From positions 3,534,001 through 3,598,000 of the forward strand of contig CATNEN010000039.1 of assembly GCA_950097015.1 (NCBI GenBank): a stretch of DNA of 64,000 nucleotides. The letters run 5' to 3'. The notes under the pieces are model-generated. The model searched no databases. It was not told the origin of the DNA and saw only the letters and a list, made by a program, of their open reading frames with translations. The DNA is from Macrostomum hystrix. Its lineage: Eukaryota > Animalia > Platyhelminthes. Positions 50,650-62,316 of this stretch are shown here, one piece after another. The first letter of the stretch is position 1. The number at the start of each line of letters is the position of its first letter. A program made the translations under genes and the position numbers.

Positions 50650-51436
50650 GGGGAGGTTTCTCGAAACCAACTTAGGAAAGACCATAGACGTAAGTTGCCT
50701 AAACCAGACTTAAGGTTTTCTGGAAACGAGCGCAAAATCCCGTCTCTTAGGAACCATCTTATATTTACTAGGTCGTATGTTTGCGAAGAAAGTCGTTTCT
50801 CGATCGCTTCTTAAGTCTATGGCCCATCCTACGGTTGATCCTAAGTCTAAGAGTGGTCGGTACCGCTCGTAAGCTGTCTTTTCTTTGCAAGCAAGGCTTG
50901 ATATTATTTTTTTTCTTCTGATTTGTTTGCATGCGCTTTAATTCTGCTTTCTGTTTTCAAAGTTTTCAAATTTCTCAACTGCTGAAAAGGAGGAACTGTT
51001 AGATGGCGTCTACAAGTATTTGAGCGTCATCAATTCGAAAGATCAAAAAGCCGAAATACAGAAACAAAAAAATCATGCTGGGACGCCATTGCGGAGCGCG
51101 TGAATGGCATCAGAGGGAACAGGCGGACCGGGGACGAATGTAGAAAGAAATGGTGCGACCTTAAGTCTGATGTCAAGACGAAATCTATCAGGGTATCTTT
51201 GACATGGAAGCCAAGTCACGATTTCAGCCATAGACAGTTCTTTTCGCTTCTGCTCAACTTACGCACAGCGTTCTAAGTTGCGCAAAAGAAAAGATGGCTT
51301 TGGGAAATGTTCTTACGAACTATTATAGATGCTATTATATAGAAGTCCTTGTTACGAACACACTTAGGGTCTGCGCAAATTCCGGACTTACGGGGATCTT
51401 ACCATAGATCTTATGACACTTTCGAAAAACCACCCC
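50650..51436 (+). mobile_element. Non-autonomous PIF/Harbinger element with a Myb/SANT-like ORF remnant (~50972-51183)
   Basis: TIR GGGG(A/T)GGTTT(C/T)TCGAAA, 3-bp TSD CTG; frameshifted FSTAEKEELL..AWDAIAERVN..RRTGDECRKKWCDLK. Confidence 0.8.
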
Positions 51437-52024
51437 CTGGGATCTGCCAGCGGTCGATGCATGGTGGAAAAGTCCCGTTTGTATTGTCTAAAATAAACTT
51501 CTACAATGGGATTCTTCTGAAAAGTAGTTAGACATCTGAATGAAAGGTGCATGGTTCAATCCTAGCGCATGTTCGAATTCTTTTTAGCATAAGCAACGCA
51601 CTGACTTCAACATTGCTTCAGTTCACCCATTGAACTGAACAGCTGCTGAACACAGCCTTTGGAAGCACAGTGCAATAGTCGGCCCAACTATGCTTGGTCT
51701 AATTTCTATCTTCGATCTGTCGACAAAGCAATGGAGTTGCAGCTTCGACTAGGTTCATTGTGGATCATCGTCAAAGTTAAAATAAATTTTCTTTTTTTTC
51801 AAAAAACATGATGGTCCAACACTATCATGCATGCGGAACAATTTCAGAACACCCTGAAAGGTCTTGCGAAAAAGAATGCACAGATTTTCTCGAATCGTTG
51901 TTATTTTGCTTTATTTGCTTCATCACTCAAAGCTTACCAATTAGGCCGAAGCGTGGAAAAATATTTTTTTGTTTTTGTTGGTTTTCTTTAAGGAATCGAT
52001 TTTTCAAATCACAGCTGTCGCAAG

Positions 52025-52762
52025 CTACATCAGTCGGTACTTGACCCAGTCATCGCTTGTTGCAACTTCTCTCTCCATCAGGGCGTCTGAGAACTGCAGT
52101 AGACGGCAGGTCCTCAGCCTCTTGTTAAACAGCACTTCCCTGCAGTTGCCATGGAGAATCCCAGCCTGCACGCAGTGCAGCTCACTCGGTACCTGGGCGA
52201 GGTCGGTGAAGCAGTAGGAGTTCGGCAGGTTAAAGTTCACGCGGTTGATCTCAGCCTTCACCCATGTCTCCCTGTCTGACTGTGGCGGCGGTGCCACGAA
52301 CTCGCAGACGAAGCCATATTTTTCGTCGCAGCTCATGTCCGCAATTCTGCCGCTTTCTTGGCGTCTCAGACAAACTTGTCCATATGAGGCATCTAGGTTA
52401 TCCAGAAGCTTATTGTCATCCGGGAAGATGCCGTTCCCGTTGACTCGCTGCCAGCCTGAAGTCTTTCTGCCCCGGTAGTCAGCCAGCTCGGCGAGTCCGA
52501 TCCAAAGCTGGCAGGCGCAGGTGGCGCTGCTAATTGTGCCATTCTTCAACAGCCTGACCGACTCGTACGAGTTCAGCAGTTCGCCGCTAACCGATGCGCA
52601 CTGCTGATTGGCTGCACACCAGCTGAAGCTCTGCGATGTGCTTGCGAACACGCACAAGCCACCCTCCCAGCTAAATGGTGGGGGACAATTCACGGCGCGA
52701 CACTGCGGCACCTGACACCACAGCAGCAGCAGAACTAGAGCTCGCTCTCGCCGCATCACCAT
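52025..52762 (-). CDS. Secreted C-type lectin-domain protein with a C-terminal PAN/apple-like Cys domain
   Basis: Signal peptide (ALVLLLLWCQ..CRA), CPPPFSW..C, SWCAANQQC..GEL, LWIGL, C..DMSC..YGFVCE; C-terminal SELHC..C..VLFN..TCRL. Confidence 0.82.
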   Translation of the reverse strand: MVMRRERALVLLLLWCQVPQCRAVNCPPPFSWEGGLCVFASTSQSFSWCAANQQCASVSGELLNSYESVRLLKNGTISSATCACQLWIGLAELADYRGRKTSGWQRVNGNGIFPDDNKLLDNLDASYGQVCLRRQESGRIADMSCDEKYGFVCEFVAPPPQSDRETWVKAEINRVNFNLPNSYCFTDLAQVPSELHCVQAGILHGNCREVLFNKRLRTCRLLQFSDALMEREVATSDDWVKYRLM

Positions 52763-52964
52763 TTGAAGAGCCGCTAACTGGAATAAAAATTGCAAGCGAG
52801 GTGCCTCTTATTAGAAGCGATGAATCGCGTTTCTATGCGTGCATTGTTTATGAGAGTCGAATATACCTACGCATCGAAATGCTTACGTTTGGTCGAATTG
52901 AATATCCCAACTGTATCTTAATTTCTTGCGCTCGATCTGGCTTGCAATTCTGAGGCAGAATTAA

Positions 52965-54841
52965 TCTATATATATAAAAGTGAAAACTCTGTCTGTCTGT
53001 CTGTCTGTCTGTGTGCAACCTTTTGTCTTTATAGACGCCGAAACCGCTCAACCAAATCGCACCAAACTTTGCACATACCTAAAACCACCTACGCTGAGTG
53101 CAATAGGCTACTCAAATTCCCGAAAAATCATTTCCTTCCTGCTCAAAAGTGCAAAAAACTGCTCAAAAATCGTCAAAAAATCACTCAATTCGACATATCG
53201 TCGCCCCACTTTGTCAGATTTTCTCCAAATTTGATCCACTTACACTTTACATGTTTTCCAACAATGCTGTCAATTTTGAACATCTCTACTCAATCCAGAG
53301 CAAAGCTGCATCATCTCAAAGTGAGTCACTTTTTGTTTTCCGAGGACAGCCACCCCAACTCCCCTCCGCCACTCTGCGGGCCAAATTTTAATACAGCCAC
53401 CCCCTCCCTTCCCCGGGCGCCGAAGCCCCAGACTGTACATTGTATTTCAAGCCATGAATGTACACAGCCCAAACCCCTAGACTGTCTACTGGCCCCCAAG
53501 CAGCACTGAGACTGAGTGCGGTGCGGTGGCGTCCCAGTGCGCAGGGCTCTCCCGTCGATATTTCTCTCCAGCCAGCCTGGGATAGAAGAAAGAGAGAGGC
53601 TGGCGTTGACTGGCTGTCAGAGAGGGCAATTCTGTGTCCTAGAAATGATGCCGCTAACGAAATTAACTACCAACTGCTTCAGGAGTTGCCAGGTGCAGTT
53701 TTCACCTACAAGTCAATTGATACAACGTTGACTGATGACACCGCTGTGGAGTATCCTGTTGAGTTTCTGAACTCTCTAGATCCTCCTGGAACTCCATCGC
53801 ACAACTTGCAGCTGAAAGTTGGGGCACCAATTATGCTCCTCCGCAACCTGAATGCGCCAAGGCTGTGTAACGGCACCAGACTGATAGTCAGGCGGCTCTT
53901 CCCACACGTGATTGAGGCCACGATAATGACTGGATCTGGCAGAGGAGAGTCTGTGTTCGTTCCCGGATTCCAATTATCCCCACGGACCTGCCATTTCAGT
54001 TCAAGCGACTGCAGTTCCCTGTGAGAGTGTGCTTTGCGATGACTATTAACAAGGCTCAGGGACAGTCGCTGAAGGTGGCTGGCATCAACCTGGAGACTCC
54101 TTGCTTCTCGCATGGGCAGCTTTATGTCGCCTGCTCCCGTGTTGGAACTCCAGCTGGCCTATTCATTTTCGCACCAAGGGGAAGAATGAAGAATGTGGTG
54201 TATCCCCAGGCCTTGAGGTGACTCGCAAGCAATTAATAGAAAAGTAGTCACGAATTGACCTTGACCTGTCTAACTCTGAACTCTGAAACAGTTTAGTTTT
54301 GTTTCTTTGACATTGTTATTGTTATGCCATGGCTATTTTCCTTATGTATACGCGTGTACATGCATACTGTATACAGAGGCAGATTTAGGGGGGGGGCGGG
54401 GGGGCAGTCGCCCCCCTAAATTTTAATCATGGGAATAAGATGCCCCCACCAGGGGCGCCAGTCGCAGCACTGGCGCCCCTTTTCAGCCGCTGGCGCCCTT
54501 TCTTGGCTCCTGGCGCCCTTTTTCGGCCGCTGGCACCCCCTCTGTGATTCTCATGGCGCTCCCCTGACAGACCGCCCCAAAACAAAATTCCTGGATCTGC
54601 CACTGACTGTATAGAGGAGTGGCTAAGAGACATGTTTCTAAAGAAGTAATCAAGAGGGGGCTGTTTGGACAAACTTTTCACTTATTTTTTACTTAAAACG
54701 CCCTTAAACAAACTCTTCACTTTTCATTAATGCAGTAAATAAATAAATGGTGACCTTCACTATAAAGTTAATACAGAGACGTGAATTGCTTACTGCTTTG
54801 CTTTAAATTTCTGCCCCAAAAACAACGGGCAAAAAAGCTAG
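52965..54841 (+). mobile_element. Non-autonomous Helitron with a Pif1 helicase C-terminal fragment (~53600-54221, frameshifted)
   Basis: A|TCTATATATATAAAAG 5' end with (GTCT)n; 3' GCCC..CGGGC hairpin then CTAG|T; motifs RAILCPRN, LKVGAPIMLLRNL, CNGTRL, AMTINKAQGQSL, GQLYVACSRV. Confidence 0.92.
54374..54605. mobile_element. hAT-type MITE nested in the Helitron
   Basis: TIR CAG(A/T)GGCAGAT..AGG; exact 8-bp TSD ACTGTATA. Confidence 0.85.
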
Positions 54842-56342
54842 TCCATCTATAAATATAAGGCCGTTAGTAATCCGTTGCAGCTTGACACAATAGAAGCAGC
54901 AGGATGCAAGCAATATTCCTGCAGATCAATTATATTGCTATTTATTCAGAATGTATATGCATAAGTAGTAATAGGCACATATGTTATTTGCCGTAGATTT
55001 TTTCTTTGCCACAGGAAGTCCAGAGCTAAATTTGTAAAAAAACAAACGCAGAAGAATCGAAGATAGCTCATCCTGTAGACTTGGGCCTTTCCTGTTTCCT
55101 GTTGATCTGGGCCACGGCAGTTTAGCTAATTTCTGTCCCTGCCTCCTTTGTTTTTTAGGATGCGTCCCTAGCATTAGCTGAAGAATCAGATTATTTTACA
55201 ACACATGCACTCGTATGTTTTTCACTTCCAATGCAAGGAAGCTTAATTAAAGCTTAACTATAGTTTTATTTAAAAAGAATAATTACAAATAAACTGATCA
55301 AAATGTTGTTAGAGATCCAATTAGACGGTGGAAAAAATTAGAAGGCTGCGTCAAATTTCGCGCTTCAAAGTCAGCACCCATACAATGAAACTGGATGTTA
55401 CTACGGATTCGAGAGAGAGAGACGAGAGAAGAAATATGGTATAATTTCTATGTAGATTACCATAAATACTATGCGGAGCAATCAGAATGCAGAAGGCGAT
55501 ATAAGGAGATAAATAGAGAAAAAGAAAATTGAGAGACAGAGACAGAAATGGAGGGATTCTCCATTTGGATGGATGGATGGATGGCTATGCTTGCAAAAAA
55601 CTGTTAATTCGGTAGCATTAGGAAATTGGGAGAATACTATATTATATATTAAATTATGCCAGACCTCTATATGTACACCCATCTTTATTCGTTTTGTTAT
55701 ACTGTACAGGTTCATGGAAAGCATTGTGACCATATTAAACGCGAACAAGTCAGTCGGCAGTTCGGAGTTATCCAGTTATAGCTTAGTGTGGCTCAGTGTA
55801 ACTTAGTGTAGCGGTGTAGCGGTAGCACTCTTAAATTATTTATTTATTATACAATCACTGGGACGTACGACAAGCAATATAGTTAATTAAAGTCAGGTGC
55901 AGGAGCTCGGTGAGAACAAACAGTATGAGTGATGCCGAGAGTAGGCAAAGAAGTATCCAGTAGTGGTCGCAGTAAGGCAGCACAAATAGTGACAGTGAAA
56001 AGGTAGCGGCGGTGTAAGTGGTAGTGAACACGACAGGTGAAAGTAACAGTGGCCGGGACAGAGTGGAGGGCCGGGTGAAAAAGGAGCAGTGGAGCGCGAG
56101 CGGAGAAGGAACACAAGCGCGAGCGGGCTCGGGGGCCCTAGTTAAATAAGCTAGGCAGTCTAAAAAACATGGCGATCGATATCTTTCTTTATGAGCAATA
56201 TTGTATCCTATATCACATATTCGACTTCCTATTACAATATATTAGATGTTTTTACTTATAAAGACAGAATTAGAATGGCAAATATTTACATTTAATTAAA
56301 TTGAGAAAGCTCAGAATCAACATTTAATTTTTTTTAGAATTT

Positions 56343-56382
56343 TGCCGATGCATTTCGACCACAATCGGTCATCTTCAGGGCA
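56343..56382 (-). ncRNA. Minimal type I hammerhead ribozyme motif (Penelope pLTR)
   Basis: TGCC-CTGAAGA-TGACCGATTGTGGTC-GAAA-TGCA-TC-GGCA: core boxes, stem I TGCC/GGCA, stem II GACC/GGTC, palindromic loop. Confidence 0.8.
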
Positions 56383-57213
56383 GACACATCAATTAAACAC
56401 ACAGAACCAAGTTGTATATATATATTTTTAAGAAATGAAAACTGTACATTGCAAAGTGTGAATCAATTTTGGTCCAGTCCGGTTAACAAGAGAAAAAAAC
56501 AACAACCAAATAAAGTTCAACGACACTTCTAACATAGCTAAAACACATTGAGTTGGCGGCTTGCACCCATGGCTAACTGACGGTTCAAATATGGTTTCTG
56601 AGCCTTAATGTACATATCCTCGAGAGTATTCAATTTGTTTTCTTGGCTACAGGAATCAATCACTTTAAACATATCACAACAGTTCTTATTGCAACAGGAG
56701 TTACACGAGAGAAGGTGCTCATTGATGGCAGAATTTCTAATCCAATGCTCCTTAACCCTTGTGTGTACAAGTGTCGCTTAGTTTTACCTATGTAGGAGAT
56801 GTTAAACTAAGCGACACTTGTACACAAGGGTTAAGGAGCATTGGATTAGAAATTCTGCCATCAATGAGCACCTTCTCTCGTGTAACTCCTGTTGCAATAA
56901 GAACTGTTGTGATATGTTTAAAGTGATTGATTCCTGTAGCCAAGAAAACAAATTGAATACTCTCGAGGATATTTACATTAAGGCTCAGAAACCATATTTG
57001 AACCGTCAGTTAGCCATGGGGGGTGCAAGCCGCCAACTCAATGTGTTTTAGCTAGGGCCTATGTTAGAAGCGTCGTTGAACTTTATTTGGTTGTTGTTTT
57101 TTTCTCTTGTTAACCAGACTGGACCGAAATTGATTCGCACTTTGCAATGTACAGTTTTCATTTTTTAAAAATATATATATACAACTTGGTTCTGTGTGTT
57201 TAATTGATGTGTC

Positions 57214-57253
57214 TGCCCTGAAGATGACTGATTGTGGTCGAAATGCATTGGCA
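57214..57253 (+). ncRNA. Second hammerhead ribozyme motif (variant with TT at the cleavage site)
   Basis: TGCC-CTGAAGA-TGACTGATTGTGGTC-GAAA-TGCA-TT-GGCA. Confidence 0.72.
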
Positions 57254-57900
57254 AAATTCTAAAAAAATTTAAATGTTGATTCTGAGTTTTCTCTATTTAA
57301 TTGTTGTCAAGCGAGCTACTCTACCTGAATTTACATTTAAGGTTTGACCTTCACAAAAATATTAGGTCTGATATATATTTTTTATCCTAATCCCTAAATG
57401 CAATATTGCATTTTGGATATGACAATACACTTGAAGGCTTGTCATGTAACTTATAGCTTTCAAGGCTTGTTCACATTACCAGCAAATATGGCCAAGACAA
57501 AGTTCTACAATATTTTTTAAGTTGATTTGTTTGTTAAATATAGCAAATTTATACAAAAATTAATTCGTCATTTGTTGACTATGTGAATTTGATTAAGCTG
57601 TCAGTCTGTCAGATTCAACCATACTTAAAAATGAAGCAAAATATATGTCAGTTAATATAAATTAGTTTATTTACTTGTATAATGTTAAGTTGTTATTTTA
57701 AATAAATTTGGCTTGTTTAATAAGTGCTTTTTATATGGCACAAACAGATCTTTGTACACCATCAGTGTTAAGTACCAAGTCTTTGAGAACAGTGAACTAT
57801 TAAATTTTAATTGTAGAGATAGAATGAAACCAAGATTTTTTGGAATCCTAATAACAAATATTCAGACTTTTCATTGTATACTGAATATGAACACCAAATG

Positions 57901-58179
57901 ACCTTTTAAACTTTCCCCGACTCCAATCCCGACTTCTAATGTAGACGTTTGCCGTCTGCATTAGGAGTCGGGAATTCCCGAAAAAAATTCCAAAATTGCA
58001 AAATTTGTAATGGTCCCCCCTCACAGATTCGAGTCGGGATTCGAGGTGGTATACTTTCAGTATATGTAATTCGAGTTTAAGGAAATAATTCGAGTCGGAA
58101 TTGGATTTGCAAAATTTGTAATGGTCCCCCCTTACAGATTTGAGTCGGGAATTCCCGAGTTGGGGAAAGTTTAAAAGGT
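57901..58179. mobile_element. MITE with 9-bp TSD (Mutator-like)
   Basis: TIR ACCTTTTAAACTTTCCCC.ACTC; flanking direct repeat CACCAAATG; exact end assignment ambiguous by 1-2 nt. Confidence 0.75.
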
Positions 58180-58939
58180 CACCAAATGGATATAGGTAGA
58201 TACAGTATAGGCAGGAGAATCAAATGCTCTAATTATTTTTAACTCTTGCAAAAGGCACCGCACTGAGAGCATATTTTGCTAGCAGCTAATTAGAGTTTGG
58301 GTGGGATGAAGCACAGCACAGCAGTGACATTGTCACTTTAGTATATAGTTTTAGCACCTTAAAGTATTCTGTCATCAGAAGGCGAAGGCACAACTGGTAC
58401 ATTGCTCATTCTAGTGTTCTTGGCTTGTTTGCATATTGCATGTTGTATCAGGACATTGATTAAATCACACCTGAAAGACCACATGGATTTTAGCAGTCTC
58501 TGAAGCTGTAACAAAACTGATGTAGAATTAGCACATGGCATTTACAATGCAGGACTAAATATTCCAAAATATGCCTAATGTCCAACATGCACCTTTTTGT
58601 AATGTTATTAAAATAAGCTTTTGCACCTAGTTTTATTTTATTTCGTATTTGTAAAGGCACAAAAAAAATTAAATCAATATGAGTATGAATCACAAAAACA
58701 AAAAACAAACAATATGACTACCATGAAAATTGGCAAATTTTGGAATACTGAATGCAAGTACCAAATATTCATTCCATCTATAAAATTGAAAAAAACAATG
58801 CAATTTATGTTATTTGTCATCAATTTTTAAAGATACTTGTACCTCTGGTACCACATTGTATAGCACTGGTATTTAGCTGTCAAATCAAAATTATCTTTCA
58901 GTTCAGTGTTAAAGCCCATTGACCTTTCTGTGTTAGACA

Positions 58940-59789
58940 ATGTCAGACAACACTCGGCCATTGGACCAGACACGTTGCGACACAGCGGCAATTAGATTTG
59001 GGACCATGTACTATAAGCGCATGAATGAGACCTCGCGACAGAATCTATCGCCATTGTATGCTGACCAGGCTGTGTTGTCTTGGAATGGGCATATGCATGT
59101 TGGAAAACAGGTGAGTTTTGCTTTGCCATATCTGGTCACTTTGAGGTACTCCGGCTTGACTGTCATCCCAGATCCTCAGGCTTGACTGCCATCCTAGATC
59201 CACAGGCTTGACTGTCATCCCAGATCCTCAGGCCTGACTGTCATCCCAGATCCTCAGGCTTGACTGCCATCCTCCCAGATCCTCAGGCCTGACTGTCATC
59301 CCAGATCCTCAGGCTTGACTGCCATCCTCCCAGATCCTCAGGCCTGACTGTCATCCCAGATCCTCAGGCTTGACTGCCATCCTCCCAGATCCTCAGGCCT
59401 GACTGTCATCCCAGATCCTCAGGCTTGACTGCCATCCTCCCAGATCCTCAGGCTTGCCCGTCATCCTCTCAAATTTCAAGTCTTTAATATTTCCAAAACG
59501 CGTATGTTCGCCCAATGCTGAACGCTGTTGATTGAACCCGCAGGCTATCGCCCAGTTCTACGCCCAGCTGCCAACCTGTGTTGCCGAGTCGCACAGTGTC
59601 AGTGCTCAGTTACTAGATGGCGATATTTTTCCTCCAAACTCTCTGCTAGCCACCTATCACGGCCAAGTAAAATTCCTGCGCTGCGAAGATCGCCGGCACA
59701 AACTATTCTCGCAGGCCTTTGTGCTTTCCCGCCAGGCCGACGGCAGCTTCCTGATTCTGTCCGACACTTTTCGCACCAGCGAGCCTTGA
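58940..59789 (+). CDS. NTF2-related export protein (NXT1/p15-like); exons 58940-59110 and 59544-59789
   Basis: F..MYYKRM..R..L..LY...AVLSWNG..G..AIAQFY..LP, G.VKF, FSQAFVL, I.SDTFR; GT..AG phase-0 intron. Confidence 0.85.
59153..59465. repeat. 26/29-bp alternating minisatellite (TCATCCCAGATCCTCAGGCTTGACTG) in the NXT-like intron
   Basis: Directly visible. Confidence 0.9.
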
Positions 59790-60229
59790 CCTGGCCGTTC
59801 TCCTGTTTGAAATGCTTTACTAATCGATTGCGATAAAAAACTGTCTCATCTATTCTGAATAGCAACAACGCCAATTAGTGTTTAGTGCCCTTTAGGACAC
59901 ATGCTAAATCGCTTTAATAAATCAATAGAAAGCTAATTTCATGCCGCCTGAACTTGAGCTATTAAAATTGCATTTTTTGTATTTGTTTGCTGGCTATTAA
60001 TGCGTTAGTTGTCTTCGTTTTATTTATTTTCTACACACGATTTTAAATTAGTAATACTGTAATAAGCATTGCTGTTTTGTTTTCTAGGTATGAGAAGCAG
60101 TCAGAGGCTGCCTATGGTATAAATTATCGGAACGGCGTTCAGTTTAAGGTAACCAGCGTCTAATTTAGGAACCAATCCTGTAGATCCTGTAATCATCCTA
60201 ACCATAAACTATAGGATCTATAGTGAAGG

Positions 60230-61213
60230 GTTTATTTATTGAACGCTATTCCGAATTTTTTACTAAAGAGTGCTACATGTTTTCCCATTCCCATTTCGGC
60301 TAGAAATTCGCTTAACTGGTTTTTCCGATCGGTCGACTGGAGAACCAAATGTGCGTAGGTGTCTTGGCGGGCAGCAAATAGAACCGTTTGTTGCCGCTCG
60401 GCCTTACAGACATGAACTTTAGAAACAATCAAACGTGGCAGCGAGCAGGGTTAGTCTCGTTGGGAAACTGGATGACCTCCTTTGGCTCGTAGCAAGTGTC
60501 ACTCAAACCGCCTGCATTGGTCTTGGTTGCAGTCTCCTTGTATACAAGGCACATCTTGCCGTTTCTGTCCTCGAGGCGGAATTGGTCAATGGACAGCTGA
60601 CTGTGTTCCTGACCACCCGAAGGGCTAAGTGCTTAATGTCCTTAATAGCTGCTCAGGTGTTTCGCTGCCCAGGACCTTGTCCCACAGCTTCTCTTCATCT
60701 GCGTAGCTGACAATCTCTGCGTGCTGTTTATTTAGTCCTTCCTTTGTACTGATCTTCATAGCGGCATCCAAGCTTTCTCTTACGAGGTGAAATGCCTCAC
60801 CTCTGAAGAAGTCGACCTGACGAACTGTACGGACTGTCTGCTGTAGGCCGGCAATCAGTGACACCAGTGAATTTGGAGGGTATTTCATTCCATCTTCGCG
60901 TCGCACTTCGTGAATAAAGACGGACAGACACTTGCTTAGCTCGGAATCATCCAAGTTATGCACGTCGCGGCTGCAGTCATATGCCTTGCTGCGTCTCCAT
61001 CGGTCAAACACACTCACCGCCCAGCACAAACACACTCACTCTGGCTTCCAACTGTTGTTGTTCCTCTTCACGCAACTTTTGCAACGCATAGGGATCACTC
61101 AGATCATTTTCAGAGCTGAGTAGTAGCTCAAAATCTTCGGTGGACAGAACATTTGGATCATAATCGCCGACAAAAACCGCAGATAAATCAATCAATGGAT
61201 TAATCCTAAACAT
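60230..61213 (-). mobile_element. Degenerate Crypton-A type (DUF3504 tyrosine recombinase) element
   Basis: WAVSVFDRWR, L..FIHEVRREDG.KYPPNSL, SLDAAMK..GL, EEKLW..LG..TP..LL, frameshifted R-G-G-Q-E-H, and TKTNAGGL motifs. Confidence 0.75.
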
Positions 61214-61843
61214 TCTATTCTAGCAATAGATTTTATGCTTGCTCACAAAGCTAAAAAACGCAGCTTTACTTATGTTTCGCTTTAAATCCATTCTATAGTT
61301 GACTCAAAGCGGACCATAGACATTTAATGAACAAGATATTCACTATGCCTAGAAGCGTTTTTTAGAATGATACGGAAGAATTCAGTGTCTATGGTCCAAA
61401 CTATATTCCGGGTTATATCAAAATACATCCCGGAGTTTGAAAGCATAGATTTAAGTGAGATAATGCATGGCCTTTACGGGTTGGATTATCTTAAATCCCT
61501 CGAGCCTTCGGCTCTGGCGATTTAAACAAATACACCCTAAAAGCCATGCTTTATCTTCTACATAAAAGGCTACATAAAAGCAGAGGTTTAAATTTAAGCT
61601 TGTCAAAAAAGGTGTCTGTCTAGTTTGAATGTTTGTTTTGGTTCAGAGCTAGAGATTTTACCATAGACAGAAAAGTAAAAGACGAGGAAGTGTCTAAATA
61701 GAATAATCAGTTTAAATTTATGCAGTCAGTCTTTAAATTTTCTTCAATTAAACACAAAACGCGATATTAGGTAGTTATAAATATTTTTATTTCTATTCAT
61801 AGTCAAATGTTCATTCGCGTTGGTTCCCAAGTTTTATTGAAAT

Positions 61844-62181
61844 CCTCAGAATGATGATAAAGCGCAGTCTGACGCAGCCTGGGATAAGCCAGACCAACGC
61901 ATGCAATAACAGAATTCCAGGTGGCTAATGGCACGATGGGTGGATCATTTGGGCCCATTCGCATGATCTTGACGGTCGCTCAAGCCCTGTCATGGGGTTG
62001 GAGCGATCTCTCCTGCGGAGCTCCCAATTTGAACCCAATCTAGCCATTGTCTGTCACTTTTTAATTCAGTTCTCACGCCTGCGACCTGCTATTCTCAGTA
62101 GTGAGTGTTGTTTGGTATAAATTATCAACAGCAACTTGGCTCACTGCTGCGCGTGATTTCTAGTTTTCAATCTGACTGAGG
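61844..62181 (+). ncRNA. Box C/D scaRNA-like gene predicted to guide U4 snRNA Am65
   Basis: Terminal stem CCTCAG/CTGAGG; C box ATGATGA 61851; D' CTGA 61869; C'-like GTGATTT 62153; D CTGA 62172; guide AGTTTTCAAT complementary to U4 A61-U70 (human numbering); two long internal hairpins. Confidence 0.78.
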
Positions 62182-62316
62182 CTAAACAAAGGGATAATTC
62201 ATTTAGGCGGAAAAGTACAAGTAATATAGGTACTGCTGCAACCTACTAATCACCTGAGGTTTATTATTTAATAAAATCTGACATTTCCTATTGCAGGTTC
62301 GCCAGCCGGACTCGCC

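Larger units (their letters stand above)
56296..57328. mobile_element. Penelope-like retroelement fragment as a head-to-head inverted repeat (arms 56296-56784 and 56804-57302)
   Basis: GIY-YIG endonuclease C-terminus (ISYIGKTKRHL..R..EH..E..YI..KPYLN); 12-bp TSD ATTTACATTTAA at 56284-56295 and 57329-57340. Confidence 0.9.
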
